Assembly: GCA_040954595.2 (NCBI GenBank)
Contig: CM082586.2
Location: 8,835,337 to 8,899,336 of the forward strand
Direction: 5' to 3'
From: Balanoglossus misakiensis
Lineage: Eukaryota; Animalia; Hemichordata
DNA: 64,000 nt
Part shown: positions 13,460 to 26,461 of the stretch, piece by piece
How the letters are laid out: each line of letters begins with the position of its first letter
Numbering within the stretch: position 1 is the first letter of the stretch
Translations under genes and position numbers: made by a program
The notes under the pieces: model-generated
The model's input: the letters and a program-made list of their open reading frames with translations, nothing else
The model's database searches: none
What the model was told of the DNA's origin: nothing

Positions 13460-16400
13460 ATGTGGGAATACCATTCCGCAAAGTTCAGAACAATCCGGCT
13501 CCAGCGAACCGAAGAGAGCTTTAAGGTAAGTTAATTTTGAAATACAATTTAGAATTTACAAACAAATATATTTAGTTTGGGATTTAATATTACCGATAAC
13601 CGAGAAGTTGATGACAATTTTATCAAGGAGTCTGCGTATTCACGCATGTAGAATTTCTGTTGGAACAGATTTCTGAATGTCGCTGACTATGCAAAATCCC
13701 AATTATGCTGACAATGTAAAATTCCAATTCTGAATGAAGAAATTCTACATGCGTGAATACGCAGTCACCAGATTCAATCTGACTATCTGTAAGTCAACGT
13801 TATGAAATCGAATTGTTGCACTGAAAAATGGAATGTTGAATTGTGGAATCAAATTTTAAACTAAGAAATGGAATGTTGAATAGAAATAAGAATAGCAAAA
13901 TGAGGAGTTGTAATTTTGTCATGGATTGTCACACCATAGACTGCCAACACTCTCTTGAACAATACTGCAAAGTCTTCTCAATTGATACACACATGGCAAC
14001 CAGCAATCAGCCAGCAGTTTTCTGAAGTAAAATGGGCTAAAAAATGATTCTTTTAATGGCCATAATATCATGTGACCAAGTATGCATAATGATGTTGTAC
14101 TATGCACCACCCTGTTCCTCCATGTCATTGTTTCAAAATATAAACTTTAAGAATTTTAGGATGTTGATAATTGACACCATGCTGCAATTCCTGAAAGTGT
14201 CTCTTATAATCCTAAATGAATATATTCTTCCTATTTCATATACAGAGAATTAGGCAGAGACAGAGTGCTCTAAACAGAATAGGAGCAAGGGAAGAAAGAC
14301 TGAAAACATTGCGATGCATGGTAAGTGATTCACAACAATTGCAAAAAAACCTGAAACTGAATTCTCTTTTTATTTGTAACCCAGAAATAGCCAAACACAT
14401 TTTGTTCACACATGGCACAAGGACTATGTGGTTTTAAAGCTACCATATAATTAACATAGTGTCTGTCCTCCTATGTCTGTCATCCTGCATGTTCGTACAA
14501 GTTCAATCACATGATACAGATGTTCTGTTCGATTATTTTTCCTTTGCATACTTCAATATGCATTCAGAATTTACTTTGCTTTAATGTAACAATATTGCCT
14601 TGGGTAGGCATTTGAAAGCCTGAAAAGAACACCACCGTACCGGTACATTATTACAAAGATTTCTATATATCAATGTCATGTTACCTGAGTGAAAATTGTA
14701 ACATTTCTGTGCATTTCTGCATTATTTTTATCTTGTAAGCCTCGCTGAATACAATTTGCAAATTTGCACTTGTGGTGTATGCATCCTTCATTATCTTTGT
14801 GTAATTATGGTCAGACATTTTGAAATGCGCAGGATTTTGCATTAATGGAACCACTGATGATACTTCTAACCTTTATGCCATGGGAATCATGACATGTAAC
14901 TGTAGCCATATTGTACAGACTTTATGTAACAAATCATTTGTTGTCTTACTGATGTTTTCTGTCCAAGTTTTTAAGCATTGTTCAATCAGATTCTGCAATG
15001 ATGGAAACAAACGAATTTGTGCTACATTCTGGCAAATGGGGATAAAGCTAATACCAGTATGAATTTATGAGTGCCTGAGAAGGCTATCTGTGACATGGGT
15101 GTACTGTACGATCGAGTTGCACATTCATGGGCATTCAAATACATAACAGCGCCCTCTAGCGGCTGGCTGTGACGATGTTTTTAAATTTGAACAACCTATA
15201 TAGGCTCACGAGCATCAACAGTAAAACATGAAAGAAATATTGGTATTTTTGTCAGAAACTTTGCATAATTATAATTTTCGAGTAAATTATATATTTATCC
15301 CCTGAAACTAATAACACAAGTATTATGGCACGAGTTATTGGACTTCATTTACTCTGACTTTGATCAACAATTTTAAAGTAATAATTTGAAGTCCATTTGT
15401 AAATTGGATCAACTATTTGTGGTCCTTTAAAAATGTGCTTATCTTGGGTTTTATAATGTACCTTGATCCATCATTCAATACTCAGTAATGTGTCATTGAC
15501 CGAAATGGCATGACATTGACAGTTTTCAACATTTCAGTTTCAATGATTTGCTAATTCTCTTTTTTGTATAATTTGATCTAGGCAAAGGATCCTCTACAAG
15601 ATCCCCCAGGAAAGCCCAATGTAAGTAGTTTTGGTTTTTCTGACCTCTTAGTCATGTGTGCTTTCATACAATGTTTAAAGGGAAGCGGTTGTCGCGCTGC
15701 GTGGGTGTCCCCCTGATGAGAATACGTCTTCCCATACCAGCACAAACCTCACTGCAGTCACCACAACCAGGATCTTCAGTTGCTACGGTTGGCTGCTTCG
15801 TTCATTCTAGGAATTATTTAATTTCAGGGATTTGAAGGTGAATTCTAATGTCTATCAACAAACAATCACAGCGCGCTGACCCCTTCACTTTAAAGTGCTA
15901 CAATATTACGCAAAATTTCAATACGTGCAAGATCTGTGTTTGGTATAGTAGGTGCATTATCACTTAACAGTTGTATTTTTACTTTCCAGCTCTATGAGGT
16001 TAACTGGCAATGGCTGCTGATCGCAGTTGCTGTTGTAGCAGTGGTGTGTTGTGTTTTCGTAAGTATGGGCACATTAAACTGTTATGGCAATTATGTATGT
16101 ATGTAAGTATTTGCGTGTGTATGTACTATGTATGTGTGTGTATGAATTTATGTATGTATTTATGTATGTATGTATGTATGGAAGTATGTACAAACCTATT
16201 TGTGTGTGCATGTATGTAGGCATGCATGCATGTATGAATGTATGTGTGTATGTATGTATGTATGTATGTATGTATGTATGTATGTATGTATGTATGTATG
16301 TATGTATGTATGTGCATGCGTGCATGTGTGCGTGCGTACACATGCATGTATGTATGTATGGATGGATGGATGGATAGGATGGATGGATGGATCTTGTGTG

Positions 16401-19400
16401 GTGCACCTGACTTTGACAGTACCTGTGTGCGAACGTTAGAAGCAGTCATCCTGGGCATGGCTGACCAGAAATTTGTGCAAGACGGCGGCCAGTACCTGAC
16501 CCCTTGCCTTTTAGCTGGCACAGCCAGCAGTGGGAATGGGGTAGGGGAGCAGGCCAGGAACAAGACACTGGAAACATTTCTTCTACAGGCAATGTTTAAA
16601 GCTTGTTTTGTTTTTTCCTCAGGTTCAGCACAAGCACATTGAAGAGAAAAAGTTATCGTTGGAAGAACTTACAAAGACCTTTCACAGGCAGAAAATGATC
16701 CTTCTGAGGAAACAAGAACGGCTACAAATCAAAATAGAATGGATCTCACAAAACGAGGCAATGTTACATGATTTTACGAAACTGGCCGATACTTTCAAGA
16801 CATTGGAGCAGGAGACAAGGTAGGTGTGGCGTACACTTGTATGTGTAAAGTTGAATATATCGCAGTACATGACCCTTCAGTGGCACATTTGTGAGAACAA
16901 AAATTAAGCGGTCTAATTATGTGGTCAGAACTATAATATTCACATTTTATATTTTGCACAATTTTCATTTCAATCAGAGCGCACTCATATTATTTGCACA
17001 TTGTACATGTGGTATCTCATGACAGTAGTCATCATGTACCGCATGACTGGTTGGCCCAGTCTCAAGCAGTTCAAAAATAATGTACACTCAAAAGAAATAT
17101 GGTCTTAGAGTTTTTGTGCCAACCAAAATGAAACGGTTTAATTATGTGGAAGTCATTTTGTCAACAGTCACTCAGTGTAAAAAAAGAAATTAAAAGCAGT
17201 GAAAATGCTCTGAGTACGTCGACAGAGTTGCATCACCCAGGAAAAACGAAGTCGTCAAAATGCACCCAAATGACAAAAAAAGTGGTCTGGCTGCAAATCG
17301 CCTCAGCCAAATTTTGTATAAATTGGGTCCATATAAATGAAAATTGCGTCCACCAAAATTGAAAAGGTGTCTGCAAATATTATAGTAGTTCTGACCCAGA
17401 ATTTGAATTGTGGTTGGCGTGTAGGGGCCAATTTGGTCCATTGCATTTTCTCATCAGGGGCCACCCCTGTTTGTATGTATATTGGCCAGACTTTTGAAAA
17501 CAACATATTTGGATCAAACCACCAATGTGGTGAAAGAAGTAAATGAACAGCATTGAAGAGTTATGTGTCTTTTAAATTGCGTCTTTTTCAATAATGTCTT
17601 AGCTTTCATTTGTATGTGTGTATATACCAAGAATGTGGCAGTTTCTTGAAGAGGGTGCACATACGTGTCTAACAATTTTGGAAATCACTGAAAATAACCC
17701 GTAAATTGCTGAAATATGAGTCAGTTTGAGCCCATGAGTCTTGTGCATACTATCAACTACTGTGGAACAGGTTATTTAGCGAGCAATAAATTTAAGCGAA
17801 ATATGGGAAAGCAAAAAATACGCGAAATATAGTTGTGAAAGAACAATGTGCATGAGAACGCGAAAATTAATTCTCGCGTAACAGTGGCCTCTCTCGATAT
17901 CGCGAACAATTTCAACTCGCAAAAATAACTTGTTTTACAGTATCTCTAATGTTGTAATGTCTTGGGGTTCTTTCAGCTGGGATAATCTGCAGCATGAAAA
18001 AACCAAGAACGAGTACCACCAACAATTCGAACAAATGAATGAGGCACTGACCGCTTTCAGCCAAAAAGCAAGAGCGTTGAAAACGTGGTGGAAAGATGCT
18101 GCTGAAAGGTATAGTGAATCTTGACCCCCGTGTGACCTTTACATCCTGGCATTTTGTTGGCATGATTTAATCATTTTGAGTTTGAACTGTGAATCAGCCA
18201 ACCTTACACACTGAATCTGTGCATATAGTTGTAAATCATCCCAAAACAAAATGTTGTGTGTAATGTTGAAACATGTGCCAACAAAACATGGGTGTTTCTA
18301 AAACTTGTAATGAGCAGAACCTACAGTAATGACCAATGATGACCTTGAAATAGATAGAATGATTGATAAGGAGCAATAATGACCAAAAATTTGGTCAAAA
18401 CTCAGTAACTGAACAACTACTAGTCAGATTGATTTGCAAATTTGTGTGTATTTACCAGGACTCTATTCCTGAAGAAGAAAAGATAAATTATTCATCGGAA
18501 TCACTGCTTATTCTACTTTGGCTGTTTTGGAATTTTTTTTTGGATTGTGGCAAAATCTTACTTCTGCATTACAAATATTCTTAGTACTGCCTTTAGTGGC
18601 GCCCTACACTTTCTCATGTGTTCACAGGCAAAGCATTTTGAATTAGACTTCCAACTTGTTTTGAGTGAGTTGAGCGCCAACACGTTGTTGTGATGTAAAT
18701 ATTTGGCAAATGACAATTCAAAGGGGGTAGATTTGGGCAGAAATTTCTTCGTTCTATTAGTAAAGGTTGGTTCATGTCACATAATGAGTATTAACCAACA
18801 TTCGACGTGACAGCGAACATTTAGTTCCAAAGTTCAGTGATTTGTTTAACAAGATTGTGACAGCAGATGGTTGGTGCATCTGGTTGAATGAAAATTGCAT
18901 CGAAAGTGTATAAAAATTATGACAGCGACAAAACACATGGTTGCGTTGATGTTTAAATACGATCTGACGTGTCAGTCTACAGCGAGTTCAACATGAATTT
19001 TGCAGTGTTCAGTGTGTCAAATAAGACAATCAATTTGCACACGAAGCCATTCCGTCTACTTCCGCTACCGCACCATCTGATACTGACGGCCACATTCAAA
19101 ATGCGTTTTTGATCACTGATGTCCACTTTTACTGAAGTCGATCTGCCTGACAATAGATGTTTCCCAATAGCTATTACAATGATAATATTCAGCTGTTTGA
19201 CGAACTTGGTGCAGACTGGAACAAATTAGACATGGCTACCGTGGCCAGAATAATAGAATCTCACACACCCAAGGACCTGGGATCATATTTCTCGCTAGAG
19301 TTGGGGATTTTCTGTCTGAGGAGTGTGAGAAATAGGATCCCAGGTCCTTGGTGTGTGAGATTATATTTCTCACACAGCCACAATTTAGCCAAATTCGTTA

Positions 19401-20729
19401 AAAAATTGAATAAACGACTCTGGAACTGTAGTCTAGGCACGTTGAAGTCTCTGTCCCTGTAATACACATCGCGTCATTGGATAAAATTTAGTGCGCGTTT
19501 GCAAAAGAACGCTTTGTCAACCAATCAGCGCGAGCGTCAGATACAGCTTTCGATTCAGTGAAAGTGTGGGATCAATTTGTTCTCACACTCCCAGTGTGCC
19601 AGGAGTGTGAGAACAGTGTGCGTAGTGAGAGATAGTCTGTACAGTGTTGTTAGACCATCGTGTAGAATGTGTAGAGACAGTAAAGAGGCCAAGACATGGG
19701 GCCAAAGTAAAATGAAAAAAAAAACTCAGATGCCAGATCCCACCAGGACAATATTAAAGAATAATACTTAATTGTTGGATTTCAGTGATTTGCTGTGCAT
19801 TTTATTTTATTCTGAGAGCATGTGGAAATACTCAGAATATGTTGTGCAAACACCAACTGTATATATAATGGCCTGTTTTTTTTGGTTGGGAAATACAGTA
19901 TTGAATTCAGTTACAAATACTGTACATGTATCAGAGATATTTCTGGTAAAAAGCAAAACAATTATCTCGCATTGTCTGCATTTGTGCAAATATGCCAGAG
20001 AACTGGTTTTACCTTCTGCCTAAAAACATTTAAAAAAAATTTTCGCTCACCACTTCTGGAACAAGGTCCAAAAAAATCAATGCACAACATTTAAAGTATG
20101 CGAAAACAAACCAACACTCGAGCACAAATACCAAGAACATCAAACCAGCGTGAACGAAGTCATCGACGATGACTTTTTTTCCAGCAATGATATGAAATTA
20201 AACAACTGTTTAGTTCCATGAAAACGGTCATGATAATTGACACTGATTGCATAACTTCAGATGACTATACGGGTATAATATGAAATTGGAAACGATCAGC
20301 ATTTCCACAGTATTTGTGATTACCCATTCTGTCTATTTCTAGGATGTTATTGGTCATTACTGCAAGTTTCTGCTCATTACTGCTCGTTACAAGTTTTACA
20401 AACACCCAGAAGTCATTTAGAAAGGCACAAAAGAACAAGTCCATAAAAAACTGAGCATGAGTCATTGTCATGTAGCCTGCATAAAGTAAAACTTGATGGA
20501 TTCTTACACAATTTGCATTACCTGGCATGTGTACTGCAAAGACAATGCCTGGAGTTATACTAGAGGGTGTTTGATCGCGGGAATTTGTCTTTTGTGTCAC
20601 ATGCAGTTAAATTACTCCTCATTGTCACCACCACCCCCAGCTCATCATTTATATTTTCCTGTACGGCATCTGTTTGCTTTTTTCAGATACCAGAAACTAG
20701 GAGCTGGTTTGCAGGATGGCGAACACTGA
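13460..20729 (+). CDS. Uncharacterised single-pass membrane coiled-coil protein, 7 coding exons, ~206 aa
   Basis: Exons 13460-13525, 14246-14320, 15582-15620, 15990-16058, 16623-16819, 17977-18108, 20687-20729. All AG/GT with matching phases (0,0,0,0,2,2). TM WLLIAVAVVAVVCCVF is followed by an E/K/Q/L-rich helical region. The first exon has an acceptor at 13457, so an upstream exon exists and the start codon is uncertain. Confidence 0.7.
13632..13764. mobile_element. MITE in intron
   Basis: 24-bp perfect TIR ctgcgtattcacgcatgtagaatt / aattctacatgcgtgaatacgcag; TSD not clear. Confidence 0.7.
15679..15889. mobile_element. TTAA-flanked MITE (Kolobok-type termini) in intron
   Basis: TTAA-agggaagcggttgtcgcgctg ... 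cagcgcgctgaccccttcact-TTAA. Confidence 0.6.
16092..16392. repeat. (TATG)n/(TGGA)n microsatellite
   Basis: Direct reading; explains the low-complexity ORFs here. Confidence 0.95.
19258..19632. mobile_element. Palindrome-headed non-autonomous repeat
   Basis: aatctcacacacccaaggacctgggatcatatttctc ... gagaaataggatcccaggtccttggtgtgtgagatt hairpin, followed by further tctcacac/gtgtgaga inverted motifs. Confidence 0.55.
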
Positions 20730-21785
20730 TCTGTATGCCACCTGGCAGATTGAAGTCCGACTACCATTAGTACCATGCAGAAACTAGATGCTGGTTTGCA
20801 GGATGGAGAACACTGATCTGTGTGCCAACTGGCAGATTGAAGTCCGACTACCATTAGTACCATGCAGAAACTAGATGCTGGTTTGCAGGATGGAGAACAC
20901 TGATCCGTGTGCCAACTGGCAGATTGAAGTCCGACTACCAATAGTACCATGCAAAGACTAGATGCTGGTTTGCAGGATGGAGAACACTGATCTGTGTGCC
21001 AACTGGCAGATTGAAGTCCGACTACCATTAGTACCATGCAGAAACTAGATGCTGGTTTGCAGGATGGAGAACACTGATCTGTATGCCACCTGGCAGATTG
21101 AAGTCCGACTACCATTAGTACCATGCAGAAACTAGATGCTGGTTTGCAGGATGGAGAACACTGATCTGTGTGCCACCTGGCAGATTGAAGTCCGACTACC
21201 ATTAGTACCATGCAGAAACTAGATGCTGGTTTGCAGGATGGAGAACACTGATCTGTATGCCACCTGGCAGATTGAAGTCCGACTACCATTAGTACCATGC
21301 AGAAACTAGATGCTGGTTTGCAGGATGGAGAACACTGATCTGTATGCCACCTGGCAGATTGAAGTCCGACTACCATTAGTACCATGCAGAAACTAGATGC
21401 TGGTTTGCAGGATGGAGAACACTGATCTGTGTGCCACCTGGCAGATTGAAGTCCGACTACCATTAGTACCATGCAGAAACTAGATGCTGGTTTGCAGGAT
21501 GGAGAACACTGATCTGTGTGCCACCTGGCAGATTGAAGTCCGACTACCATTAGTACCATGCAGAAACTAGATGCTGGTTTGCAGGATGGAGAACACTGAT
21601 CTGTGTGCCAACTGGCAGATTGAAGTCCGACTACCATTAGTACCATGCAGAAACTAGATGCTGGTTTGCAGGATGGAGAACACTGATCTGTGTGCCAACT
21701 GGCAGATTGAAGTCCGACTACCATTAGTACCATGCAGAAACTAGATGCTGCGTTGAAGGATGGCAGAGATTGATCTGTATGCCAC
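20691..21785. repeat. 87-bp minisatellite, 12 full copies plus a diverged 13th
   Basis: Units start at 20691, 20778, ... 21648, 21735; near-identical with few substitutions. Confidence 0.97.
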
Positions 21786-22144
21786 CATAGCAGAGGAATG
21801 CTGCAAGATGATTTGGACCAGAAGTCCCACTACCATGCAGTCTCCATGATGACTCATCTGTCAACAGAGGTCCGTAGACGCATGGACTCCCAGCTTGCAG
21901 TGCTTACGGTAGTTTTGGGGGCATCCCTGCCATGCATTTTTATATATTTGTGTAAATTTAGTTAATTTTGGTGTACACATCTGTATTTGAACGGTTTATT
22001 TATATAGGTATATTAAGTTATTTTGTTAGTTGTTACTTGTAGTTATAGTTAGTTATAATATAGTATAGTTATAGGGTATTTATGTTTGTTTGTTTGTTTG
22101 TTTGTGTGGTGTAAGTGTGTGTGTCATTCAAAGTATAGGGTACC

Positions 22145-22455
22145 TGTTTATTATACCACGGTCACACTGGTAAAAATTTGAAACGTTTCGGAGATACTAT
22201 TTGCCTATTGTAAACACAGAGAATTAATCCTTTGAGTCGCTTGTGTCCACACACACAAAGTTTATGTATAGGCGCTGAGGCTCGGCCCCATAGACAATGA
22301 GTTGCAGAGAGGTGTTAATTCTTACATTGATTTGTTTCGCAGTATAATCTAATGTGGCTATTGGTCCATATTGGATGGTATTGTGACGTGTTGTTTGCAG
22401 TGAGGTTTGATACAGCTCCCAGCAGACACCCCTTTGTGTGAATTTCTTCACGTCA
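22145..22455 (+). repeat. Dispersed repeat, diverged copy 1 (copy 2 at ~41040-41430)
   Basis: Shared blocks ttgcctat.gtaaa.acagag.attaatcctttga, tttatgtataggc, ggccccatagacaat. Confidence 0.7.
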
Positions 22456-23227
22456 TCGGCAATTTGTCACTTTTGTGGGTTATTTGTTTGGTGTTATGAT
22501 TTCGCCCCTTTAACTGTCGATCCAGTAGAGACAGTGTCATTAACAATGGATTGCCTTGCATAACTTGACGAGGAGAGTCCATGGAAAGTCAGTTTTATTC
22601 AAGAACTAGATTAGTTGGAGCCTTGGAAGACTACATCATAGAATTTGTAATGATAACCGTTGACCCTTTGATACAAGGTGTCTGTAATGAATTTGGAGTC
22701 GCTTTGAGATGAAAATTCAGAAAATGTGGACCATGACATTGAGAGTTCGTCCCTACAATGATTGGAAGTCTTCTTTCACGTTCAAAAAACATGTGCTAAT
22801 TATAGAACATACGTAAGAGAGTATGTTGAACAACATCTTTGGAGAACATATAAACAGAGTGTACTGCTTTGTATTGCCTTGTTAGCCTTTGTGTAAATTA
22901 CAGGCTCTTGCTTCTAATACTTGTGTAAAACATTTTGCTTCACCCACACTCATAGTGGGTGTATGGTTTGGGTGCTACTACTACTTTCATACTCCTATGG
23001 CCCATGTGTGTCCTGACTTCAATATTGCAGAATCTTGTATTGGAAATGCAGCTTTATGAGGCATGGAGCCACCGGCCCAGCTGTAGTATTTGCAACCTTG
23101 TCCACTTAGCATTGGTTCGTATTTACATATTATAACTGCTGTCTTGAAATCTAGCAGTATCACTTGAAGGAGGTTAGTAGCATTGTGCTGAGAACACTTG
23201 TTCAGTAACTCTTGGAGTCTATATTGA

Positions 23228-23678
23228 ACACCTATTGCCTGGCCATGAGGGCCATAGCGGCCGTTTATTGCACCCGAGGGGCTGTGAGTTACCAGAATCA
23301 TATGCTATTTCCCGAGGCCGCAGGCCGAGGGAAATAGCATATGATTATGGTAACTCACAGTCACGAGGGGGTAAAAACGGCTGCTATGGCCCGAATATAG
23401 GCCAGGCTATAGGTGTTTTATAATAAACCTCATGCTAACAGCTGGGAAAATCTTGCAATTTTCTCTTGAGGTTGGCAGACGACACCTTCCGCGGTGGCCA
23501 TTGTGTCAGACGACGCGACGCTGATTGACGTGACCGAGTCTGCGCACTCACGCTGGTCACGTGACCGGTTTATATTTTTTCTGCTATTGCCCTAGCGGTT
23601 CATAGTCGATTCTATTTTCCTATCACGTGACGGATTCTGGCGAATCACGGCACAGTATTAGCATGAGGTATATTATAA
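23228..23678. mobile_element. Palindrome-headed non-autonomous element (Crypton-like architecture, tentative)
   Basis: ~190-bp palindrome centred on gaggccgcaggccgagg, then a second IR pair ttataataaacctcatgctaa (23418) / ttagcatgaggtatattataa (23657). Confidence 0.6.
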
Positions 23679-24899
23679 AGTGAATTATTTTGCTCCTATA
23701 GTGGAATATTTCAGCAGATTTCCCACTCCAACAGACAAAAAAGGGTATTTATCCCATCACTGATTTTACCGAATATGGAAGTGAATGGCTGACGATCTGT
23801 AACAGACATGCTCTATCACACTGCTGACTTCTGCACCGGGGCTTCTGGGATACAGCTATGTCACATATATACCCCTATTCATCGGAGGCAAGTGTATAGC
23901 ATGCCATTTGGGGATGCAGCAATCATGGATCACCACAGGGTCCCACCTTGGAGGACAGTTCAACTTGGCATTCAGCTCACAAGGCAGAAATGTGTACTTA
24001 TAGCAAATGGGTTTCCCATTGGCTGCCAATATGCCATGTCACTTTAATTTTTAGTAGTTGTCAGAATTCCTTCTTCCTTGTCGCAAGTGGCATACTATTC
24101 TTTCCACATTACGAAACTATCATTTTATAGGTTACCGGTATACATGTACATGTGCGTGTACATATGATATTATCGAGGTGCAGGCAACACCTGTGGGGTA
24201 TACGTCCACCTGTGATCACTAAGATACGTCTTTCAGCTAGTATACAGCCTCTGATCATAGTGATCATCTTCCTTGTGTCTTTACTAATGAAACACACCAT
24301 TTACCGGTGTTGTCATTGATATCTCTGATATTGTCAGCTCTGTCAAGTTGTGGGCAGCTTCATCTTTCTGAGACCTCTGGTCATCTGAACTTGATGACAA
24401 CTTTTTGACCTAAATCCGTAAGTTTCAATGGGATCTTATGCATATTGCTCAGGCCAAATCACTCAAGTGTAAAACAATTTCCATCAAAGACGTTACACAT
24501 TGGGGACATGCCTCAAAATACAGTGAAATGTATGGTGACAATCACCTGACAACCTTCGTGCTTCACTACAAGTCTTGATTTGCATCAGACCATTTTTTCT
24601 GCATGTCTGGCAGTCCAGTGTCGTGGGAATTAACCCTTGCACATAAAACTGAGCTTCATGCAGTTCTGTCTTTTACTATATCACCAGAAAGCACATAGCC
24701 TTATCCATTCAAGTAGTGTTAGTAGACAAGAACAGCCAATACCACATCAACCGACCAGGCACGAGCTCTGTTTAATTATTCTCTCAAATCCTTTTATTAC
24801 TCATGTACACACTGGATCCTGTTCCCTCAGCCAATCCATTCGCAGTTTGTAATCTAAATATGTATTAGTTTTCTTTTCTCTTTACTATTGTCTATGGTT

Positions 24900-26102
24900 C
24901 TTGGTATGTGTTGAGATGGTTTTAACAGCTGTGACTTATCTCTATTGGCGGAGGCAAGTGTCTGACTGATTGGCATTTTCATGATACACACAATTTGAAA
25001 TAATGTCAAGGGAGCCAAGAAAAATACTTTGCCAGGAGGATGGGTCAGGTCAGAACACTCTATTCCACAAAACTATTTGAGCTAGACCTTCAACTCATGC
25101 TTTCAACCCTATGCTATCTTATAGCAGGCTCCCAGATCCACTTGTTTCTCACCATGTGATGAATATTAGTCCAGCCATGAATCATTGCTCCTCAGGAATT
25201 ATGAATAGTCAGGCCATTATAGCAAGAGTGCAGTGGAGAGTGCATTGTACTTCACCAAGGCATATACTGGAGATCATGCCAGCTGAGGTGGATGGTATAT
25301 ACCTCACCAGGAGACCAATTTACCTTATGCAGTTTGTTAGCTCAGATCTTTGTTCTTCTTAATCACAAAGCCCTCCTACTTTGGGACTACTGGACGCAGA
25401 GTATTACTAAGTATGACACTGATGTCCACATCTACATGCAGTGTTTGTGTGGTGAGTACCTTAATGTGTACAGTACAGCAGTGGATCTTGGAGCACCTAT
25501 GAGGAACATAAGCTCAATACCCTTTCACATGTTCTGCCTGTGACGTATCCTGGATGTGAAATATCAAGACAAAGTTACTAACACCACTGTCCTGAAGAGA
25601 GTTGGAATTTCTAGCATGTACCTGGTACAGTCTGCTGAAGCAGAGACACAATACACTGGCTTGGCAATGTGCTCATAGATGATGGGTGGATCCTAAAAGA
25701 CCTCCTGTACGGCGCAAACTGACACTTAATGGCAAACAGACCTGACATTACACCACAGGGATGTTTGCAAAAGAGACACGAAGTCCCTAGACATCAACAC
25801 AAACTCTTGGGAGTCTAAAAATTAGCCTCAGACCGAATGACCTGAAGACAAGTCTTGAAGTGGTTGGCAACGGCTCTCCAACTTTGAAGACACACTCGCC
25901 AAAACGTGCGGAGTCAAGAGACAGAGAAGGAAGGCATCAAGCCAGACAAACAGCTCCTCCTAAGCCTTCACCTGTTTAAAGTATCAGAGAGACAGTCATT
26001 CTCACATTGGATTGACTAGTCACACCTGATGCTGTTCCAGATCTAGACCAGCATCCCAGCATGAAGATCCAATTGATCTCTCAAGACTGAAGGATGCCAA
26101 CT
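24900..26102 (+). mobile_element. Degenerate RTE-clade LINE 3' part
   Basis: Decayed RT-like translations (PKDLLYG at ~25692) and RTE-like 3' end gactgaaggatgcca; many stops and frameshifts. Confidence 0.6.
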
Positions 26103-26461
26103 GAACGCACCTCATCCGTACTGCCTCCACATTGTAGTACTGTTTCATCTAGTGGAACACACACTGAAGGGAATGTATTGAGCACTTCACCAGCTATCCC
26201 ATACATCTTCATTATAAGGATGATTTCTTTACTTCTGTCTCACTTTAGAGAGGGGAAATTTACACAAAGGCTATTATTAGGGACAACTGCAGTATACTGT
26301 TTTTAGGATAAAACTCTTCCATGAATGTGAGTGATGGTTTTCAAAAGTCACACAACCTATGAATCAAGGCGTTATAACCCACCTCATCTGACTTTGAAAC
26401 AGACACAAAAGAAATGTTTACAACAACATCAAGAATAATATGTACAGACATGTACATGTAT

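Noticed and set aside
16074-16642. MYVC/HTYI-rich ORFs
   Set aside because: Translation of the (TATG)n microsatellite
20645-21733. 362-aa Cys-rich repeat ORF on the minus strand
   Set aside because: An 87-nt unit leaves one of six frames open easily by chance; it is antisense to a well-supported spliced gene and has no unique N-terminus
20691-21734. Possible CRISPR-like array
   Set aside because: Units are contiguous and near-identical with no unique spacers; eukaryotic context, no cas genes
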